DNA of 63,820 nucleotides, the filler included, from a bacterium (lineage in GTDB: Bacteria; JAJRZV01), in the NCBI GenBank assembly GCA_024275095.1. It is 4 parts of 4 records of this genome, joined end to end, with 100 filler letters (N's around TTAATTAATTAA, not from the genome) between each part and the next. Parts side by side here need not be neighbours in the genome. Positions count along the whole stretch, not along the records: positions 56,431 to 63,820 come from JAJRZV010000084.1; 3 more parts are not named here. One strand, 5' to 3'. Below, piece after piece: positions 58,347-63,820 of this stretch. Positions within the stretch are counted from its first letter, which is position 1. Each line of letters opens with the position of its first letter. Below the pieces are notes generated by a model, which saw nothing but the letters and a program-made list of their open reading frames with translations, had not been told where the DNA came from and made no database searches. The translations under genes and the position numbers were made by a program.

Positions 58347-58837
58347 ACTTTAATCTACGCGTGGGACTGGGCTACGACTCACATCCCTTTCACACGAGAG
58401 GGCAACTTCTTCTGGGCGGAGTAATTATACCGGATGCTCCATCACTTCGAGGAGTTTCTGACGCGGATGTGCTCTTTCATGCTATTGCAGATGCTCTTCT
58501 TGGAGCATGTGGCGCTGGCGACATCGGGGAATATTTTCCACCTGAAAACCCTTCAAGTAAGGGGTTAAAAAGCTCTTACATTCTTTCTTTTGTCAGGGAT
58601 ACTGTAAAACACCAGGGTTACGAAATTATCAACCTTGATATCGTCATCATATGTTCCCGCGTAAGGCTTAAATCGTATCTTTCTGAAATGAAAAAAAATA
58701 TTGCTGAAATACTTTCCATTCCACCAGAACGTGTCAACATTAAGGTAAAATCTACTGAAGGTATGGGCTTGAACGATCCGGAAGAAGGAATCGTGTGTAT
58801 CGCAAACGTACTGTTGAAAGGAGCAGGTGAAAAATGA
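58343..58837 (+). CDS. ispF: MEcPP synthase
   Basis: G.GYD.H, SDADV..HAI.DALLGA and GDIG..FP. Confidence 0.92.
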   Translation: MNFNLRVGLGYDSHPFHTRGQLLLGGVIIPDAPSLRGVSDADVLFHAIADALLGACGAGDIGEYFPPENPSSKGLKSSYILSFVRDTVKHQGYEIINLDIVIICSRVRLKSYLSEMKKNIAEILSIPPERVNIKVKSTEGMGLNDPEEGIVCIANVLLKGAGEK

Positions 58838-60225
58838 GTGTCCGGGTAAGATTTGCACCTTCACCTACTGGCAAATTGCATCTGGGCAATGCCCGTATTG
58901 CCCTGCTGAACTACCTTTTCGCTATCTCTCAAAACGGGACCTTTTTACTTCGTATAGATGATACAGACCGCGAGCGAAGTGATGAAGAAGCTGTGGAAAG
59001 AATACTTTATGACTTGCGCTGGCTCGGCATAGAGAGGTTTGAAGGTCCTGTGTTTCAGAGCCGTCGCCTTGCAAGGTATAGAGAAATTGCTGATGCTCTT
59101 CTCAACAAAGGTGCAGCATACAGGTGTTTCTGCACAGAAGAAAATTTAAGAGAAATGAAAAAATCACAATTGGAAAAAGGACTGCCACCACGTTATACCG
59201 GTCAATGTCGCACCATACCTCCGGAAAGAGCAGCAGAAATGGCCGTCAACAACCACGCGTATACCGTGCGTCTAAAAGTGGATCACAACATTTCTTTCTC
59301 CGATATGCTTCGAGGAGAATTTACTTTTGCACGCGATGATGTGGAAGACTTCATCATTCTCCGGTCTGATGGTTCGCCTACCTACAACTTTGCAAGCGCT
59401 ATTGACGACATGGATTATAAAATAACCCACGTCATTCGCGGAGAAGACCACATTTCCAATACAGCCCGCCAGATTGCGGTCATCCGCAGTTTAAACGGCA
59501 AAGAGCCGCAGTACGCCCACATACCTCTCATACTTCGCGGCGACGGCAAACCACTATCAAAAAGGAACCTTGCTGAAACCATAGAAGATCTGAGACAAGC
59601 AGGGTACCTGGGAGCGGCAGTGGCCACCTACCTGATTAACCTCGGATGGAACAGGGCCGAGAAGGGACCTTTTGAACTTGCCGAACTTGCCCACATCTTC
59701 AATCTTGAAGACATATCACTGGCTCAGCCACATCACAATCCCGGCCAGTTGCGATATATGAATCAACTACTATTGAGACAGAACATGGAATCAGGAAAAC
59801 TGACGAGCTGTCTTCGGGAATTCCTGGCACAAAAGAACATTCTCCTTGATTATCCTGATCAACGTCTCGGAGAATTTCTCTCACTCATCGCTGATAACAT
59901 CAGCACTCTTGCTGATATAGAAAAATTTCTGGGCATACTTGACACCAAATTCCTTAATAAAGAAGAATGGGAACATCTGGATGAGAAAGCCGCCGAAATT
60001 CTCGATGCTACTGTCGCGTTAACAAAAGAAAATGAGCTCCCTGATCCTGCTCTTCTCGCATCCCGTACAGGAGCTAAAAAATCCGAAATCCTCATGGCAT
60101 TAAGAGTTGCAACTACCGGACTTCGCCAGGGACCGCCTCTTGCAGATATTTTAAAATTTCTCGGACTTCAATGGCGCCTACGGGTTGAAATGTGTCTGAA
60201 TTATGTTAAAAACTCCTTATTATAA
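58834..60225 (+). CDS. gltX: Glutamate-tRNA ligase
   Basis: RFAPSPTG.LHLGN, RGEDH and LSKR. Confidence 0.93.
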   Translation: MSVRVRFAPSPTGKLHLGNARIALLNYLFAISQNGTFLLRIDDTDRERSDEEAVERILYDLRWLGIERFEGPVFQSRRLARYREIADALLNKGAAYRCFCTEENLREMKKSQLEKGLPPRYTGQCRTIPPERAAEMAVNNHAYTVRLKVDHNISFSDMLRGEFTFARDDVEDFIILRSDGSPTYNFASAIDDMDYKITHVIRGEDHISNTARQIAVIRSLNGKEPQYAHIPLILRGDGKPLSKRNLAETIEDLRQAGYLGAAVATYLINLGWNRAEKGPFELAELAHIFNLEDISLAQPHHNPGQLRYMNQLLLRQNMESGKLTSCLREFLAQKNILLDYPDQRLGEFLSLIADNISTLADIEKFLGILDTKFLNKEEWEHLDEKAAEILDATVALTKENELPDPALLASRTGAKKSEILMALRVATTGLRQGPPLADILKFLGLQWRLRVEMCLNYVKNSLL

Positions 60226-60238
60226 GGAGAAGAAACCC

Positions 60239-61717
60239 GTGAAAGTGTTTAATACCCTTTCCGGCCGAAAAGAAGAATTCAATATCACTGGCAATCGAAT
60301 ACGCATGTATGTCTGCGGTGTCACCGTGTACGATTATTGCCATATCGGCCATGCGCGTTCACAGGTTGTATTCGATACCATCTACAGATATCTCAAATGG
60401 AAAGGGTACGAGGTTACCTATGTGAGAAATTTTACCGACGTGGACGACAAAATCATCAATCGCGCCCGGGAAGAAAATCTTCCCTGGCAGGACATTGCAG
60501 AAAAGTACATAGAAGCGTTTTACCAGGACATGGAACCTCTGGGCATTGAACGACCGGATATTGAACCCAGAGCAACCGAACACATTCCTCAGATGATTCA
60601 AATGATTCAGGCACTTCTGGACAGAGGGCATGCTTATATCTCTGAAGGGAATGTATATTTCAATGTAAAAAGCTTTCCGGAGTACGGGAAACTCTCCAAG
60701 CGAACGCTTGATGAAATGATAGCAGGCGCCCGTGTGGAACCAGGTGAAGGCAAGCAAAACCCTCTGGATTTTGCTTTGTGGAAGGCCTCCAAACCTGATG
60801 AGCCCTCGTGGGACTCACCATGGGGACCAGGTCGCCCTGGCTGGCACATAGAGTGTTCTGCCATGAGTACTCATTACCTGGGTCCCAGTCTCGACATTCA
60901 CGGTGGGGGCCTGGACCTCATTTTCCCACACCACGAAAACGAAATCGCCCAATCAGAAGGTGCTACGGGTGTAAAGCCTTTCGTCCGTTACTGGATTCAC
61001 AACGGTTTTGTTCGGGTCAATCAGGAAAAAATGAGTAAATCTCTCGGAAACTTTTTTACCATTAGAGAAATCCTTGAAACTCATGACCCGGAAGCACTCC
61101 GCCTGTTTCTTCTCGGCCGCCATTACCGCTCACCCGTCGACTTCACGGAAAAGGGGCTCAGAGACGCGCTCGCCGCTCTTGAACGCATGTATTTTTCTCT
61201 CTACATCCTCTTAAACCGCTCATCTTTTAAAACCATAGACAAAGCACCTCGTTTCTCTTCTACAATGAATGCCGATGAGCTGCCGGATGAATTCTCTCAT
61301 CTGAAAAATCTTATAACCCGCTTTAAAGCAGCAATGGATGACGATTTTAATACACCACAGGCAATAGGCGCGGTTTTTGACGCGCTTAATCAGCTAAACA
61401 ATTTTGCACTGAAGCGCACACCTCATCCTGCATGGGAAAAGGCATTATTTCTGTTCATCTCGTCTCTAAAACACATCTCCGCAGTCCTCGGAGTGTTTGG
61501 TTCAGACCCTGTAATATTTATTGAAAAACTGCGTGACAGGCACTGTCAAACTCACGGGCTCAAGCGAGAGGAAATTGAAAAACTTGTTAACCAGCGTGCG
61601 GATGCAAGGAAACGCAAAGATTATCAGCAAGCAGATGCGATTCGTGCAGAACTCCTGAAAAAAAACATCATACTTGAAGATTACCCGGACGGCACTCAAT
61701 GGCGGGTGCGTATTTAA
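60239..61717 (+). CDS. cysS: Cysteine-tRNA ligase
   Basis: CG.TVY..CHIGH, DF.LWK, GRPGWHIECS, PHHENE and KMSKS. AGGAG before GTG 60239. Confidence 0.97.
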   Translation: MKVFNTLSGRKEEFNITGNRIRMYVCGVTVYDYCHIGHARSQVVFDTIYRYLKWKGYEVTYVRNFTDVDDKIINRAREENLPWQDIAEKYIEAFYQDMEPLGIERPDIEPRATEHIPQMIQMIQALLDRGHAYISEGNVYFNVKSFPEYGKLSKRTLDEMIAGARVEPGEGKQNPLDFALWKASKPDEPSWDSPWGPGRPGWHIECSAMSTHYLGPSLDIHGGGLDLIFPHHENEIAQSEGATGVKPFVRYWIHNGFVRVNQEKMSKSLGNFFTIREILETHDPEALRLFLLGRHYRSPVDFTEKGLRDALAALERMYFSLYILLNRSSFKTIDKAPRFSSTMNADELPDEFSHLKNLITRFKAAMDDDFNTPQAIGAVFDALNQLNNFALKRTPHPAWEKALFLFISSLKHISAVLGVFGSDPVIFIEKLRDRHCQTHGLKREEIEKLVNQRADARKRKDYQQADAIRAELLKKNIILEDYPDGTQWRVRI

Positions 61718-62319
61718 TTATCATTCTGGCGTCTATCTGTACGCCACCGTTTCCCGTACAGACCACCATACCAGCACAAATGAAATCGGACATCCTCAGC
61801 GGCAAACCTGTAATTATCGAGTTCATCCACAAAAAAGACCGCGGTGGTGCCCGTGCAGCGATACTGGTGCATTCTACGGTTGACAAAGCATGGAATGTTC
61901 TGGTTAATGTCAGAAAATTCCCGGCCTTTATACCAGACCTGAACAAAGTGGAAATACTGGAAAAGGGACCCGGATGGGAGGTGGTGAAATTTACTGCATC
62001 GCGGGCATTTATAAACTTTTCATACATAACGCAACGTCACTACGAACAAAACAATCTTTTAATCTGGTGGGAAGGCCGAGATAACAAATTCACCAGAAAT
62101 GAGGGATACTGGAAACTTCTTCCTCAATCCGACGGCGTAATTTTGATTTATTATGCCTGGATTAAACCCCGCTTTCCTGTACCTCAGTTTATAATAAATT
62201 ATCTGCACGGCAAATCGCTTCCAGGGCTGATGAAGGCTGTAAAAAAGCACATAGAAGGAAAAGGGATGGGGAAGGAACGAAAGGAGAAACCCGCTTCAGT
62301 TGATGAAATTCCTTTTTGA
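61699..62319 (+). CDS. SRPBCC/START (polyketide cyclase/CoQ10-like) protein with hydrophobic N-terminus
   Basis: W..L......P.FIP and EG.W.L motifs, with a C-terminal amphipathic helix. Confidence 0.75.
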   Translation: MAGAYLIIILASICTPPFPVQTTIPAQMKSDILSGKPVIIEFIHKKDRGGARAAILVHSTVDKAWNVLVNVRKFPAFIPDLNKVEILEKGPGWEVVKFTASRAFINFSYITQRHYEQNNLLIWWEGRDNKFTRNEGYWKLLPQSDGVILIYYAWIKPRFPVPQFIINYLHGKSLPGLMKAVKKHIEGKGMGKERKEKPASVDEIPF

Positions 62320-62330
62320 GAGGAGTCAAA

Positions 62331-63020
62331 ATGCAATACAGTGTAGATCCTATTGCTATTTTCAAACATGCCTCTCCGGTGGTGAAGCTCGTGATGCTGG
62401 TGCTCACGGCACTCTCTTTTGCCACCCTCGCGGTGGCATTTTACAAAACGTTTCAGTTTCTTACAGTTGAACGTTTGGGGCGGCGCTTCATTTCCAGTTA
62501 TAGAAACACCCGTGATAAAACTACTCTTTACAGTCAGTGGAAACCAAATGCTTTTTTGGCGCCGGAAATAGAACTGTTCATTTCTTTCTTCAGCCGGTGG
62601 AAGCGCGGAGAAAGTTTGCAGACGCTGAACAAAACCCTCGTGGCTGCTCGTGAAGAATGTAAAAATCGGCTGAGACGATTTCTCACATTTCTCGCCACCA
62701 CAGCATCAGCTGCTCCTTTTATCGGGCTGTTCGGCACGGTATGGGGCATCATGGACGCCTTTTTTCGCATCGGCCAGATGAAATCTGTAGGACTTCCTGT
62801 GGTGGCTCCAGCCATCGCTGAAGCACTCATAGCCACCGCACTTGGGCTTCTTGCAGCCATTCCTGCTTCCATAGCCTACAACTATCTTCTGAGCTGGCAG
62901 AAGAAACTTATGGAGCGTTACATTCGGTTTGCTGAAGAGTGGTTGACAGAATTAAAAACAATGGATTCTTTGCGTGAGGAGGAAGGTGGCCATGGCCTTC
63001 ATGAATCATCCCACTGGTGA
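62331..63020 (+). CDS. tolQ: TolQ/ExbB/MotA-family proton channel
   Basis: APFIGLFGTVWGIM..F and VAP.IAEAL.ATA.GL..AIPA. Confidence 0.88.
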   Translation: MQYSVDPIAIFKHASPVVKLVMLVLTALSFATLAVAFYKTFQFLTVERLGRRFISSYRNTRDKTTLYSQWKPNAFLAPEIELFISFFSRWKRGESLQTLNKTLVAAREECKNRLRRFLTFLATTASAAPFIGLFGTVWGIMDAFFRIGQMKSVGLPVVAPAIAEALIATALGLLAAIPASIAYNYLLSWQKKLMERYIRFAEEWLTELKTMDSLREEEGGHGLHESSHW

Positions 63021-63426
63021 AGAAGACGAACAAGAAACACTTAGTGAAATCAACGTAACTCCAATGGTGGATGTGATGCTCGTGTTACTTACAATCTTTA
63101 TGGTTACTGCTCCCATGATGAAAGCGGGGATAGACCTTGAACTCCCTGAGGCGGCAGGTCGTGTGGTAGAAGTACAGGAGAGGAACTCCTTAACAATACA
63201 AATCTTATCCAATGGTAAAATCCGTGTAAATGAACGGTATGTTTCTATGGAAGAGTTGAAAGGTATATTGAAAAACGCCAGAGGAAGAGAAATATTTATC
63301 GAAGGAGACAAGCGCGTACCTTATGGGACAGTTGCCCGTGTGCTGGCACTCTGTCGCCACACGGGGGTGACTTCTTTAAACCTGGTCACAGAAGAAACCT
63401 TTTCTCCCCGACAGAACAATAAATAA
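62992..63426 (+). CDS. tolR: TolR/ExbD family protein
   Basis: EINVTPMVDVMLVLL.IFMVTAP and GDK.VPYG.V. Confidence 0.88.
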   Translation: MAFMNHPTGEEDEQETLSEINVTPMVDVMLVLLTIFMVTAPMMKAGIDLELPEAAGRVVEVQERNSLTIQILSNGKIRVNERYVSMEELKGILKNARGREIFIEGDKRVPYGTVARVLALCRHTGVTSLNLVTEETFSPRQNNK

Positions 63427-63477
63427 TTGAAAACTTTTTTCTCCCCCGCTTTGCTTCGTGCTTCGTGTTCAAACCGC

Positions 63478-63780
63478 TTAAATAATCTGGCGGACTGATC
63501 GGATCAATTTATCGCTGGCATCTTCCAGATCAGAACCTGCCTCCACGATGTCCTTAACGCATCTGGAAAACTGGTTTTTAAGCACCAGCATTGCAGCCTC
63601 TTCCATCGCTCTTTTGGCTGCAGCAAACTGTACTATGACATCACGACACTCTCTGTCCTCTCTCACCATTCGAATAAGCCCGCCGATTTGTCCCTGAACC
63701 TTTCTGAGACGACGTACCAGTTTCTCTTTAACATCCTCGTCAAGACATTCCTCAACCTTTAATACCTTTTCATTGAGCAT
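63478..63780 (-). CDS. CsoR/RcnR/CstR-family repressor
   Basis: RLRKVQGQIGG..RM....R.C.D...Q..A, with a second Cys in NQFSRC. Confidence 0.9.
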   Translation of the reverse strand: MLNEKVLKVEECLDEDVKEKLVRRLRKVQGQIGGLIRMVREDRECRDVIVQFAAAKRAMEEAAMLVLKNQFSRCVKDIVEAGSDLEDASDKLIRSVRQII

Positions 63781-63820
63781 TTTTCCACCCCTGGAATTTT
63801 TGTGCCTTTTATTTATGCAA

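Overview
The window is not one locus. It is four assembly contigs (1-30170, 30271-44456, 44557-56330, 56431-63820) joined by artificial 100-bp N44-TTAATTAATTAA-N44 linkers. Gene content suggests a deltaproteobacterium-like (Myxococcota/Desulfobacterota-type) bacterium, which is an inference. Contig 1 holds an overlapping cell-surface and signalling operon (PKD/Ig-like and Kelch-like lipoproteins, TPR lipoprotein, FHA protein, membrane Ser/Thr kinase with a PEGA domain, secreted YQG-domain protein), an AT-rich FG-GAP/methyltransferase pair, fur, moxR-DUF58-transglutaminase, an EndoQ-UvrD fusion ending in a beta-clamp-like motif, hom-thrC-apgM-trpF-nusB, a transglutaminase gene broken by two -1 shifts at T6 runs, def and zapB/zapA. 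Contig 2 holds a hybrid histidine kinase and nuoC(partial)DEFGHIJKLMN. Contig 3 holds a 33-bp-repeat coiled-coil gene, radical SAM-rng, a three-gene glycosylation cassette and acpS-nnr-tsaE-lysC. Contig 4 holds nifU-like-carD-ispD-ispF-gltX-cysS-SRPBCC-tolQR and a CsoR/CstR-like repressor. I saw no rRNA, tRNA, CRISPR array, transposase or integrase. The best candidates for novelty are the kinase/FHA/lipoprotein operon, the EndoQ-helicase fusion, the double-frameshift gene and a recurring leaderless promoter layout. All family calls come from reading motifs by eye, with no database searches.
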